DNA from: a virus
IMG/VR virus record: IMGVR_UViG_3300010354_000061
Coordinates: 1 to 64,000 of that record
DNA: 64,000 bases
Strand: one strand, 5' to 3'
Position 1 is the stretch's first letter, and each line of letters begins with the position of its first letter. A program made the position numbers and the translations under genes. The notes below the pieces were generated by a model. The model did no database searches, was not told where the DNA came from, and saw nothing but the letters and a program-made list of their open reading frames with translations. This document shows positions 20,837-30,945 of the stretch, one piece after another.

Positions 20837-23407
20837 TCAGAATTCAAAAATGAACTTAAACGTCTCTGTTTGGTTGCTATTTTTGGTTATTGGAGGTACA
20901 CTTTCTATGTATATTACCTCCCCAGAACCATAGACCAAATCAGGCAACGTCTGACTTTGTATGTTGGCTTCAGGTCGTGTTCCTTCTGGAGCATCTGTTC
21001 CTCTAATTAAATACTCATCGTTGTCCCCAGAGGAATTAAACGTCCCTCTCGTATGCGTCAAGCGCACTGTCACGTTTGTTGCACCGTTTGCTGAATTGTT
21101 AGAAGCATAAAATAAACCGTTTGCAGCATCAACACCACTACGACCTGGCTGTATTATTGTTTCATCATCAACAAAATAAACGCTGTTATTCTTGTTTGTT
21201 ACCACTAAGCGCAACGTTTGATCAAAGTATGTATCTTGGCCAGAAACCGCATTTGCCACAACAGAAACTGTGTTGCCAGCATTTCGAATAACATTTACGC
21301 TTTCGGATGTGATTACTGCAATTGCGGTGGCCGTCTCACCAATCAGATTGTGTCCTGTCTGAGTTGTATTTCCAACAGCAAGTATTACAGGATAACCTGT
21401 TGAATTACTTAGCTTTATTGCTGTCGTATTAGAAAATCTAACGTAGTAGTATCCTCCAGACGTCATATTACCGACAGCCGTGTTTCCTGTGTTAGCAACA
21501 TAAAGTAACTTATCTCCAACTTGGAACTTGTTACTTGATACCGTAATATAATCATCGTTACGAGATTTGTTTGTTAAAGTATGACCTTCTTCACTAGACC
21601 CTGCTGTTAAATCGACGTTTGCTCCCCCGGCAGTAGTAGCAAGAGCCAACGTCGTGCTGTTTGCATAAACAACATAGTAGTTTTCAGTGTTAGTTAATCC
21701 AGTAACAGTAGTATTACCAGCACTAACCGTATAGGTAACAATGTCCCCAATAACAAAAGGATTACTTGCAATAGCAATATAGTTGCCTGTATTGCTCACA
21801 CCTGTTAGTGCATTAAATGTTTTTACAGTAACAGGATTTACGTCCGTGTTAGCGTTAAAGGTGAATGTTGGGGCAGCAATCGTAACGTCTGGCACCGTGA
21901 GGTATCCACTTCCACTCGCTGTAATGTGGAGGTTAGAAATTTTACCTGTAGCATTTGCTTGTGCGTTTGCTGTAGCACCGCTTCCTGTATTTCCTGCTAT
22001 TGTTACAGTCGTGTTAGCGAAGTAACCAGATCCTGGGTAAGTTATAACCAACTGACCAACAGCACCTGAGGAACCAACTTCAAACAATCCTCCAACGTCC
22101 GTAAGCGTGATAGTATTATTTGAAGTATCAATGTCTGTTATTGTTCCTGTTGCGTTTGTGTTAGACTGTGTCACTTCTTGACCTACAGAAAAATCTCCAA
22201 CACTATGCTCAGGGGCAATTGTTAATGTTACACTTCTGTATTGTGGATTCTTCAATAATCCTAGAATTCTAAAATCATTCTTATCAACAATCTTTCCACC
22301 AGAACTACTACTGGAAAGAGTTGAAGAAATACCCACCCAATGAGCCCCAAGCTCTTCAGCTTGATTTTTTCCGTGACCCCCAGAAGGAGGAAGAATTGCT
22401 CGTAACACAGGAGCAGCCGGCGTATTAGACGAAACTACACCTTGAACTTCTACGGTAGCATAGTCGTAACCAGCGCCACGGCTTGTCACAAGAACACTTT
22501 GAAGAGTTTTTGTTGAAGAATTAACAACTGCGCGTGCCTGAGCTCCTAGTCCGTTACCAACAATTAGTACGTTAGGAACAACATTATATGTTGTGCTTGT
22601 ATTAGAAGAATTCAAAAAAGCAGAATCAAGTAAAACCCTCTTCGTTACACCATCGTAATCAATAATTTTTCTTTGATTGCCGCCATTGGCCCCATCAACA
22701 ATATAAAGAACTCCTCCAGTGTAGATATCATTAGTTGCACTTGCGTTAGCTGAAAGAGTATAAATTAAGGTATTACCACCAACAGCTACATCCTGGAACG
22801 TTCCCTCATGGGTTCCAATGTAGCGACGCTCGCCTGGTGTAACGACGTCAATTATTTCGACTGCACCAGAAACAGCATTACTTACAACACTTGCATTTTC
22901 AACAAACGGAAAATATTCCTGTGTGGCAAATTTTGTTACTGTTGCTGCTGTTGCTGAATACATATATTTCCACTGGTAGCCATCAGCTGTAATGTATGAC
23001 TCATCAGTAGGATCTTCAATAACAGGCTCAACAGTTGAATTAGCCCCTTTATTGTTATTCAAGCATTTAAAAACAGCATTATTGCTGTTAATAACAAAAT
23101 ACTGTTTTTGCGACAACAAATTATCCTCATCATCATAACGAGCGTAGACTGTGTTGCCGGTCCATTCATATCGCCTAACCATCAAACAAACATCGCTTGT
23201 TGATAATCTTTTTCCAAACAACATGTTATCATAAACATCATAAACAATGTCGCGACTATTGTCATATAGTGTTGGGACGTTATTATCGTTTGCAAATGGC
23301 TGACTTCTGCCAGCAAATACGTAGTAGGTCGAACTATTAGATTCTGAAACAGAATCGACAAAATGTTTTGCTGAAGAATGTCTGAAGTTGTTTGTAACTA
23401 GTTTCAT
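20837..23407 (-). CDS. gp8: baseplate wedge gp8-like, with inserted domains
   Basis: VRRYEW..NTVY..YDD; VFKCLNN.KGA.STVEP; DGYQWKYMY; GGHG.N..EELGA; GEVIYIE...ETFKFIFEF. Confidence 0.8.
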   Translation of the reverse strand: MKLVTNNFRHSSAKHFVDSVSESNSSTYYVFAGRSQPFANDNNVPTLYDNSRDIVYDVYDNMLFGKRLSTSDVCLMVRRYEWTGNTVYARYDDEDNLLSQKQYFVINSNNAVFKCLNNNKGANSTVEPVIEDPTDESYITADGYQWKYMYSATAATVTKFATQEYFPFVENASVVSNAVSGAVEIIDVVTPGERRYIGTHEGTFQDVAVGGNTLIYTLSANASATNDIYTGGVLYIVDGANGGNQRKIIDYDGVTKRVLLDSAFLNSSNTSTTYNVVPNVLIVGNGLGAQARAVVNSSTKTLQSVLVTSRGAGYDYATVEVQGVVSSNTPAAPVLRAILPPSGGHGKNQAEELGAHWVGISSTLSSSSSGGKIVDKNDFRILGLLKNPQYRSVTLTIAPEHSVGDFSVGQEVTQSNTNATGTITDIDTSNNTITLTDVGGLFEVGSSGAVGQLVITYPGSGYFANTTVTIAGNTGSGATANAQANATGKISNLHITASGSGYLTVPDVTIAAPTFTFNANTDVNPVTVKTFNALTGVSNTGNYIAIASNPFVIGDIVTYTVSAGNTTVTGLTNTENYYVVYANSTTLALATTAGGANVDLTAGSSEEGHTLTNKSRNDDYITVSSNKFQVGDKLLYVANTGNTAVGNMTSGGYYYVRFSNTTAIKLSNSTGYPVILAVGNTTQTGHNLIGETATAIAVITSESVNVIRNAGNTVSVVANAVSGQDTYFDQTLRLVVTNKNNSVYFVDDETIIQPGRSGVDAANGLFYASNNSANGATNVTVRLTHTRGTFNSSGDNDEYLIRGTDAPEGTRPEANIQSQTLPDLVYGSGEVIYIESVPPITKNSNQTETFKFIFEF

Positions 23408-26400
23408 TACTCGAACCTTATAATTGAATGTCCCGTTTCGTTTCCACTTACCGACAAGTCGACGTTACTTGTTGAATTTGCCAACTTGACTCCGCTTGTA
23501 TTTGCTAAAACGACCGTATAAACATAATTGTTTACTAGTCCAATATCTGCTGTATTTCCTGCTTCTCTTACATACACGCACGAGTCGTTATTTGCAAATA
23601 TTAACGAGCTATTCGCGTGCTGATTATTACCTAAATTAATAAAATCAAGCGCTGCATCAACACTTGTAGAATTTGAATAAAAATACCTCTTCAAGGCAAT
23701 TGCCGATTGAGATACGTTCGATTGCTCTTTTATATCAGCTATAACCTTGATAACATTACCAAAATACTTAGTTCCTGCAACGTGCAGCACTTCCTTCAAA
23801 ACACGGGCATACTTATCAAGTGATATTCCCGTTCTTACTTCGTAAGAAAATTCCTGATAGTAGTTATTATCATGAATATATTTATCCGAGTTCAAAAACC
23901 CTTGGTTGTTTTTGAAAAAACCAGTTCCCGTTCCTTGTCTCTCTACGTTTACACGTCCTACACCTACAAATCTATTTTCGCCTTCAGGTTGTATTGTTAC
24001 GAGCTCGTCTTGTTGGTAACCCAGACCAGAATCAATAACGTTAATTCCAACTATTGTTCCATTAGCAACAGTTGTATTTGCAGTAATTGAAGCATTTAAT
24101 CCTATAGGTTGTGTGTTTGTTGCAGTTGTAAAGGAATTAACAACCGCTGCTGCCTCAGTAGTAAATCCCACAATAGGTGTGCCGTTAGCAACCGGAAGAT
24201 TAAACTTCAACCTCTTCATATTCATTGTACCGATGCCTGTATCAGAATCATAACTAAATGCCCGTACTTCACCAACTATGCTCGTATTGGTTGTTCGTGT
24301 AATTGTACCAAACGTTGCCGGACTTGAGCCAAGCGAGGATTCAATTGTTGCATTGACGTCAGACGTATAACCAAACCCACCAGAAACAACGTTAACAGCC
24401 GAAATGGTTCCGTTTGCGTGTGTTATTACTTTTGCATAAGCACCTACGCCTGGTGAGTTAGTAAAAGTGACTGGATCGTTATTAGTAAATCCAGATCCAC
24501 CATCCGTGATAGCTACGTTGGTTATTGATCCAGAACTTATTGTTAATTTTTCTCCAACACTAAATGGCTTGCTGATTGACTCAAGATTAAGTAGTAGATC
24601 TTTCTTCCCATATCCAGCAGTTCTTGGTTCATATACAAGAACAAACGGATCTATGTTGTAATCTTCACCACGGTTAGTCTCAGAAAGGACGGCAATTGAT
24701 CCGACGTTGACTGTTGTGCCTGCCAGGCACACATCTATAATTGTAGCTGAGTTTCCAGCAGGAAACTTTGGGAAGCTGTATTGACCTGCAGGAGAAATAT
24801 TTGATGCATCAATTCGCATTGATAAGTATGGCACATTTGCAGCATTGTTGCCACCAATCATGTCTGTACGGATAAACACCCTATCAATTGTTTGTACCTC
24901 ACCAATAGCAAAATTGGCATCGCTTCCGAAAAATTTTCTTCCTAACTGTGTAACAGTATTTGATGTCAGCCCCACAACAAAGTTGTTTGGCGTTCCAGTA
25001 TTTGCAGCATAATATACAAAATTTCCATTTCCTGTTATTGAATGAAAACCAATATATGCTGTATTAACACCAGTAAGAAAACCATAAACTGTTAAATTGA
25101 CGTTAGCTGACCACGGCGTATTTGCGAATGTGTTGCCTCCAGACGAATTGGATGCTCTGAGACTGACGACACTTGCATTATTGTTGAATGCATTACTGTC
25201 TGAAATTAATATGAGATTGTTGCTTGTTGTAGATACAATATAGCCGTTAGCAATATCGTGAGTTGCATTACCACCAATTACAAGCGACCCATTTGCTGGA
25301 GTACCGCTTCCCCACAATGTTCCAATCGATTGATAATAGTTGGTTTTGTATTGAGCTACTTGTTCTCTTATTTTAAACTGACCAAGATTTCTATTTTGGG
25401 GACCAACAAGATAATGAGTTTCACTACTACTCGAGGATGTTAAATCAAGAGCTGAGCCGTTTGCGGTGTTGGCAAGCTTAAATCCTGTTGTGTTTGCATT
25501 AACAACGTAATATACGGTATTATTAGAAAGACCAGATATTGCCGTATTAGATCGTGTCGTAAAATATAATACTGTGTCCCCATTAATAAATTCTGTATTG
25601 GCGTACGTGCGCGTCAGCGTGTGGCCACTTTCATTTAAACCAGCCGTTAAGTTAATGTTTGCTCCATTGGGTCCGTGGGCAAGAGCAAGAGCAGAGCTGT
25701 TTGCATAAACAACGTAGTAGTCACCTTTTTGAGCTAAATTTGTAAGTACCGTGCTTCCTGTATCGACAGTATAAACAACAACATCACCATTAACAAACGG
25801 ATTATTGGAAATGGCAATGGTATCGGCAGTATTACTTACATCGTTCAATGCGTTAAATGATTTAATTGTAAGTGGGTTTGGTATGGTGATAAAGTCGGCG
25901 GTGTTAGCAACATCAACACTTGCATCAAACGTCTTTGTAACACGATTAGTCGTGTTGGATATAGCAAACATATTGTTGGCAATATATACGGTAGAACCAG
26001 CTTCGAGAATTGTACCAGATCCATCTCTTACTCTTTTAACATAACCAAAACCGCCGTCATCAATTGTAAAAACTATTTGTCCTGTAGCAAATCCAATTTC
26101 GGTGATTCGTGCTTTACCATGCCGGCCACGGAGATCGGAAATGATTTTTACTTCCTCACCAACAACAAAATCACTACTTTCGTTTACAATTTCCAGCGAA
26201 GTTAATGACCCAAGAACAACGGGGTTCCCTTCTACGGTTCCGTTAGCTGTTACTATTTCACCGGGGGAAAAGTTTCCCCTGACGTTCGACAAAAATACCT
26301 GGTCAATTGGGAATCCATCATAATAACGACGTGCGACTTGATCGACAAATGCTTTAGCACCAGACGACACACCAACAATTTCTAACCCTCTAAACGTAAA

Positions 26401-26841
26401 CGAACGATCGTTGGCTGCTAACTCCAAATAACGCGGAACAACATATTTGCCGTCTGATGGCTTTATTACATCATCTCCTGGATGATATATTGTAGCTTCT
26501 TCTCCATACAGCAATCGCATAACAAGCTTGACTGCCGCTTCTGATCCCTTGGATCTGTAAATGTCTAACGATTTTTTAACAATCGATTTTGTGTTAGCAA
26601 ACGACGTTAGAGGAAAGTCAACAAGATATTTGTTTTTGAAGTGGATTAGAAAATCATCAATGGTTTTGTCGATATCGCGATAATCAATTAGTTTTCTAGA
26701 AATATAATTAACGTTGTCGGATTGCTCTAACCACTCATAATAAGCTTTTACAAATGCAATAAATCTCTCACCCTCGTCGTTGTAAAACGCAGGAAATTGT
26801 GTTTCAATTAATGAGGAAACTTTATCTGGCAAATTGCTCAT
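23407..26841 (-). CDS. gp7: baseplate wedge initiator gp7-like
   Basis: IETQFPAFY...FVKAYYEWLE; YRSKGSE; IHDNNYYQEFSYEV...LHVAGTKYFG. Confidence 0.75.
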   Translation of the reverse strand: MSNLPDKVSSLIETQFPAFYNDEGERFIAFVKAYYEWLEQSDNVNYISRKLIDYRDIDKTIDDFLIHFKNKYLVDFPLTSFANTKSIVKKSLDIYRSKGSEAAVKLVMRLLYGEEATIYHPGDDVIKPSDGKYVVPRYLELAANDRSFTFRGLEIVGVSSGAKAFVDQVARRYYDGFPIDQVFLSNVRGNFSPGEIVTANGTVEGNPVVLGSLTSLEIVNESSDFVVGEEVKIISDLRGRHGKARITEIGFATGQIVFTIDDGGFGYVKRVRDGSGTILEAGSTVYIANNMFAISNTTNRVTKTFDASVDVANTADFITIPNPLTIKSFNALNDVSNTADTIAISNNPFVNGDVVVYTVDTGSTVLTNLAQKGDYYVVYANSSALALAHGPNGANINLTAGLNESGHTLTRTYANTEFINGDTVLYFTTRSNTAISGLSNNTVYYVVNANTTGFKLANTANGSALDLTSSSSSETHYLVGPQNRNLGQFKIREQVAQYKTNYYQSIGTLWGSGTPANGSLVIGGNATHDIANGYIVSTTSNNLILISDSNAFNNNASVVSLRASNSSGGNTFANTPWSANVNLTVYGFLTGVNTAYIGFHSITGNGNFVYYAANTGTPNNFVVGLTSNTVTQLGRKFFGSDANFAIGEVQTIDRVFIRTDMIGGNNAANVPYLSMRIDASNISPAGQYSFPKFPAGNSATIIDVCLAGTTVNVGSIAVLSETNRGEDYNIDPFVLVYEPRTAGYGKKDLLLNLESISKPFSVGEKLTISSGSITNVAITDGGSGFTNNDPVTFTNSPGVGAYAKVITHANGTISAVNVVSGGFGYTSDVNATIESSLGSSPATFGTITRTTNTSIVGEVRAFSYDSDTGIGTMNMKRLKFNLPVANGTPIVGFTTEAAAVVNSFTTATNTQPIGLNASITANTTVANGTIVGINVIDSGLGYQQDELVTIQPEGENRFVGVGRVNVERQGTGTGFFKNNQGFLNSDKYIHDNNYYQEFSYEVRTGISLDKYARVLKEVLHVAGTKYFGNVIKVIADIKEQSNVSQSAIALKRYFYSNSTSVDAALDFINLGNNQHANSSLIFANNDSCVYVREAGNTADIGLVNNYVYTVVLANTSGVKLANSTSNVDLSVSGNETGHSIIRFE

Positions 26842-28634
26842 TATGCGTAAATACCTCTTACAGAGACATGGATATCGGATTCACGTGTTTGAAGTATTTC
26901 ATTTAGTGTTACAGTAATATCTTTATTTTTAGGGGTGGCATTAAATGCAACTCCTTCGCCACTATAACTTGCAATTCTCAAATTATCAATTGTAACAATC
27001 CCGGTGTTATAATTTACGGAACCAACAGGGAACGTCTTATCACCTAAAACAGCATTTAGTATACCAGCTTCATCATCTTGCAAATACACATTTCTGTAGA
27101 GACTGTTTTGATAAAATAGAGTGAAGCTATCGCTAACTACGCTCGTAATTGGATTTGCAAACGAAATTGTTGTATTGAGGTTTTCGCGTGTTGCTGTTTG
27201 TTCAGGTGTTGGAACAAGATATCTAATCAGCTTAATTGACGTGTCGTTACTAATAATTCCGTCGTACGTATCATCAATAGCTGTCGTCAGCTTTGAGTAA
27301 CGCAGTGTAACGTCAAAGTCATTAATATTCGTGTTACAAAATGTTTGAATAGTTGTCTTAACAGCTGCTTTAATATCTCCTTCAGCAGCTGTTGATGTAT
27401 TAATATTATACACAATATTTGAAGAAACATCACAATACAGGAAGGATGGGTTAATAAAGATAGGGTCAATTGTTAGCGGCATTTTTTCTTTAAGGAACTT
27501 ACGGTATTTTTCAGCTAAAGTCGGGGGTATACCGTCTGCATTAAACACATCAATTGCTACCATTACTTTACCAAACTGAGGAGGGTCATTCTCCTCACCA
27601 CCATATGCATGAACAGAATCAATCTCTGGAAAGTTTGTTCTCAGCAATGTTTCATAGTCACTTGTTGTAATTGCACGCTCTTGTGTCTGGAAATAGCGAG
27701 GAGCATTAAAGCGCACAGATTCGATTGTTTCTGCAGGAGCTCCTGACTGAGCAGCTTCGAGAACTGCAATCGCTACTTGACCTCCCGAGTAAGAACCAGC
27801 TGTTCCGGCAATTGAATCATCAAGTCGAAAACTGTCTGCACCGTTTGGAGCACTTCCATTGGTAACTCTATACTCACAGGAAATTACAGCACCGTTTTTA
27901 GGTTTTTTACCTGTTACGTTGTTACCAAACACAATCTCGTATTGTTCGTTTTCTGCTCCTTGGACAAAGAACACCTTATCAGTAGCAGTTACATTAAAAA
28001 AGGAGGACGACAAAACATATGATTGAAGCTGTGTATTTCCATCTTCAATTACTGAAACCTTGATGCTAGATGTGTCAAGATTTGGATTCGATAATACAAA
28101 CCGCTGAGTTGGATTGCTGTCATCAACGACAAACGTGTCAGCAGCCGTAAATCCTTCATAGATCAAAACTGCATTGCTAAAAAACTGATTAAGTTGCGTA
28201 TTTGCTGGGTTTAACCGTCTATCCATTACAATAGTTTGATCAGTTGTAAACACATAAGTGTTTGATCCAACAGTTGTTGTAAATGAAGTTCCTCTTCGAA
28301 TTGTTAATGAATCTTCATAAACCGTTGGAGTAACAACAAGCCCCAATGTAGCAACGGAGCTGATTGCTGAACGAGGAGTATAATTTAATTCCTTTGCATG
28401 ACTTACAATACTATCACGCAACAACGCTGTATCCATAAACATTTCGTTGCCAATCATGTTCAGGTAAAACCCATTATGATATGTATTATAGGCAAGAATG
28501 TCTAAGAGAACGTTAATATTGGACGCTTCAAAATCAATATCTTGAAATAATGCATTATTTCTAAGGTATTCTTTTAGGTTGTTTTTATACGTCGAAAAAT
28601 CTAACGTAACTAAGTTTGTTGAAGTATTCGCCAT
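26841..28634 (-). CDS. gp6: baseplate wedge gp6
   Basis: LDF...KNNLKEYLR; LLDILAYNTY; RDSIVSHAKELNYTPRS; TQERAITTSDY; GGEENDPPQFGKV. Confidence 0.9.
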   Translation of the reverse strand: MANTSTNLVTLDFSTYKNNLKEYLRNNALFQDIDFEASNINVLLDILAYNTYHNGFYLNMIGNEMFMDTALLRDSIVSHAKELNYTPRSAISSVATLGLVVTPTVYEDSLTIRRGTSFTTTVGSNTYVFTTDQTIVMDRRLNPANTQLNQFFSNAVLIYEGFTAADTFVVDDSNPTQRFVLSNPNLDTSSIKVSVIEDGNTQLQSYVLSSSFFNVTATDKVFFVQGAENEQYEIVFGNNVTGKKPKNGAVISCEYRVTNGSAPNGADSFRLDDSIAGTAGSYSGGQVAIAVLEAAQSGAPAETIESVRFNAPRYFQTQERAITTSDYETLLRTNFPEIDSVHAYGGEENDPPQFGKVMVAIDVFNADGIPPTLAEKYRKFLKEKMPLTIDPIFINPSFLYCDVSSNIVYNINTSTAAEGDIKAAVKTTIQTFCNTNINDFDVTLRYSKLTTAIDDTYDGIISNDTSIKLIRYLVPTPEQTATRENLNTTISFANPITSVVSDSFTLFYQNSLYRNVYLQDDEAGILNAVLGDKTFPVGSVNYNTGIVTIDNLRIASYSGEGVAFNATPKNKDITVTLNEILQTRESDIHVSVRGIYA

Positions 28635-28635
28635 T

Positions 28636-29124
28636 TTATCTTATTCTTTCAATAACGGTCGAAAAAACAATGCGTTTTTGAAGCGTTCCCAAAGTGTAAA
28701 TTATTGTTACACTTACTGTGTTATCTTCGGACGTAGAACTAAACAATGCAGTTCGTTCGTCGGCTGGGAACACGGTCGTTTGAGCTCCAGCATCAACTTG
28801 AACGCTTTCAACAGAAACTCTAGGCTCAAATGATATAATAGCGTCACGTATCATCGTATTTAGCTGGTCCATTATAATAGGACTCATTGGTTCAAATAAT
28901 AGCCGACGAACGTCTGTTCCAAAAGTTGGGTTGAAGAATCGTTCACCTTTTCCTGTAAGAAATAGATTTTTCAATGCTTCATTTACAGCATACTCATTGA
29001 CGTGTCTTGCTAAATCATGTTTTTCAGGATGAACGTTAAAATTCTTAAAAAAGTCGGAATAAAGAACTTTTTCAGCTCGACGTTTAGCTTCTGTATTTCT
29101 ATCGTATTGTTTAACTAACGCCAA
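28636..29124 (-). CDS. gp25: baseplate wedge gp25
   Basis: LKNLFLTGKGERFFNPTFG...LLFEP...FEPRV. Confidence 0.9.
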   Translation of the reverse strand: MALVKQYDRNTEAKRRAEKVLYSDFFKNFNVHPEKHDLARHVNEYAVNEALKNLFLTGKGERFFNPTFGTDVRRLLFEPMSPIIMDQLNTMIRDAIISFEPRVSVESVQVDAGAQTTVFPADERTALFSSTSEDNTVSVTIIYTLGTLQKRIVFSTVIERIR

Positions 29125-29125
29125 C

Positions 29126-29389
29126 TTATCCTCCTATAAACACATTGGATGATCCTGTGGCTTGATGGCCGCAAGATGCCTTGTGTCCTTTTCTGCAAAC
29201 AGGTTTTCCGTTGCAGAATACGTTGCTTGACCCTTGAATCATCCTCGAATTGCTGTGATTAGCTCGACCATGGGACTGAACACGGTCTCCTTTTCGAACT
29301 AAACTTTTGCCATTAACAAAAACGTTACTCGATCCTTCAATGAGTTTTCCACCAGCACTATCTATCTGTTTTCTCGTAGCTCCTGACAT
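29126..29389 (-). CDS. PAAR spike tip protein (gp5.4-like)
   Basis: three GSSNVF repeats, His/Cys metal ligands (SH..NH, CGH). Confidence 0.85.
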   Translation of the reverse strand: MSGATRKQIDSAGGKLIEGSSNVFVNGKSLVRKGDRVQSHGRANHSNSRMIQGSSNVFCNGKPVCRKGHKASCGHQATGSSNVFIGG

Positions 29390-30939
29390 TATGCGTCCAC
29401 CCAGGTACCGGTTGTAGGACTTGTTTGCACAAATGTTTTTGTCTTGCCTGTAGTAGAATCACGCCACAAATCTCCAAACTTAGGATTTAATGGTGGGGTT
29501 GGAGAAGTTGTAGTAGTTGGAACATACTGTGATGCAGCTCTTACATCTGCTGCTTCTGCGGCTGCATTTTCAGCTTCCACAGTTGGATCAACATATCCAC
29601 CATAATCTGGCCAATCGCAAGGACAACCATCATTAAACCATTCGTTAATTGCTGTGACGTGTTCTGATACTTCCTTTACAAATTCGATAAATGGCTCTCG
29701 TTCTCCAAAAACCGCAAGATTTGTAAGAGGACCTTTTGCTGGTCTGTACACGTTGCCATCCCAAATGTCAGGCCATTCAAGAAAAGGCACTGCTTCAGGA
29801 TATCCCAGATCCTCTACTATTTGACCGCTTGGTAACTGAATTTTGATTGTAGAAGGTTCATTTCCTTGAACATACGCTGCGCCATACCGGAAGGATTCAA
29901 TACCTGCATAAGGATTACCCAGAGCACATATATCTACTCCATAACTAAATAAATCCCACGAAATTCTTACTGCGTTGTGAAGTGACCTTTTATCTGTAAG
30001 ATTTGGTGAACTAAATCCTCTATAATATGTAGGTACTTGAATACATTCGGGCAGGCCCCACCCGTGGGTTACCTCATCTTGCGTATACCACGTTCCCGTT
30101 ACAGGATCTATCATTTGTTGATTGTAGGGTTCTCTGCCCTCTGCCCATATGCCTCTCATGTGGTTATAATTAAATCCTGAGTATATGCCAGGGTATGCGT
30201 TTCTCATCATCCAATCAATATAAAAATTATGAGAAAAACTATATTGTCCAAACGGTATACCAACATTTATTGGATAATCGGCAAGTTCTGGAAACTCCCC
30301 AAAGTTTGTTCGGCCGCTTAGTATACCAAGCCAGCGAGCTCCGTAAACTGGAAATCCCATCAAACTAGTCAATATAAAAGACCTGTCTCCCCCGTAAGCA
30401 TTAAACAGCGTTAATAGTCTATTGACGGTAGGAGCTGTTTCAAATTTTAAAAGGGACGGATGAACATAGGTGTTTGATATTGTATATGGTTTAAACGTTT
30501 CCCCATCAACAATTTTTATGGACCCGTTGGCAACTCCTTCGTTAATATTTTGATTAAACGCATTCCTTCGACGCTCCTCCCACCACGTTCTCCGTCCTGA
30601 GCCTCCACCACCACGATATTTTTCATCGGGTACAGTACTTGGATCCCAGAACTGCCATTTCCACAAATCACCAGGAATATTTAAGTCTTGGGGAGGATTA
30701 ATTTCTCCAGATGTTATAAAATCGTTGTAGGGTACTGGACCTGCCCCCGCAGTAACTTCTAGTCCACCAAAAGGATTAAAAAATTCTTTACCGTTTTCTA
30801 ATTCATTAATAGCAGATTGAGTTAGACCTATACTTTTCAGTGTTTCGTGATCACCAACAGCCAGATAATCATTAATAATTTGGCCTATTAAATAAGGTTC
30901 TGCTGTATTAAAATTAAGATGTTTCCAGCCGTATGACAT
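29389..30939 (-). CDS. hypothetical 516-aa protein between gp5 and PAAR
   Basis: long ORF overlapping the PAAR start; C-terminal P.NPKFGDLWRDS...W motif. Confidence 0.7.
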   Translation of the reverse strand: MSYGWKHLNFNTAEPYLIGQIINDYLAVGDHETLKSIGLTQSAINELENGKEFFNPFGGLEVTAGAGPVPYNDFITSGEINPPQDLNIPGDLWKWQFWDPSTVPDEKYRGGGGSGRRTWWEERRRNAFNQNINEGVANGSIKIVDGETFKPYTISNTYVHPSLLKFETAPTVNRLLTLFNAYGGDRSFILTSLMGFPVYGARWLGILSGRTNFGEFPELADYPINVGIPFGQYSFSHNFYIDWMMRNAYPGIYSGFNYNHMRGIWAEGREPYNQQMIDPVTGTWYTQDEVTHGWGLPECIQVPTYYRGFSSPNLTDKRSLHNAVRISWDLFSYGVDICALGNPYAGIESFRYGAAYVQGNEPSTIKIQLPSGQIVEDLGYPEAVPFLEWPDIWDGNVYRPAKGPLTNLAVFGEREPFIEFVKEVSEHVTAINEWFNDGCPCDWPDYGGYVDPTVEAENAAAEAADVRAASQYVPTTTTSPTPPLNPKFGDLWRDSTTGKTKTFVQTSPTTGTWVDA

Positions 30940-30945
30940 TATTAA

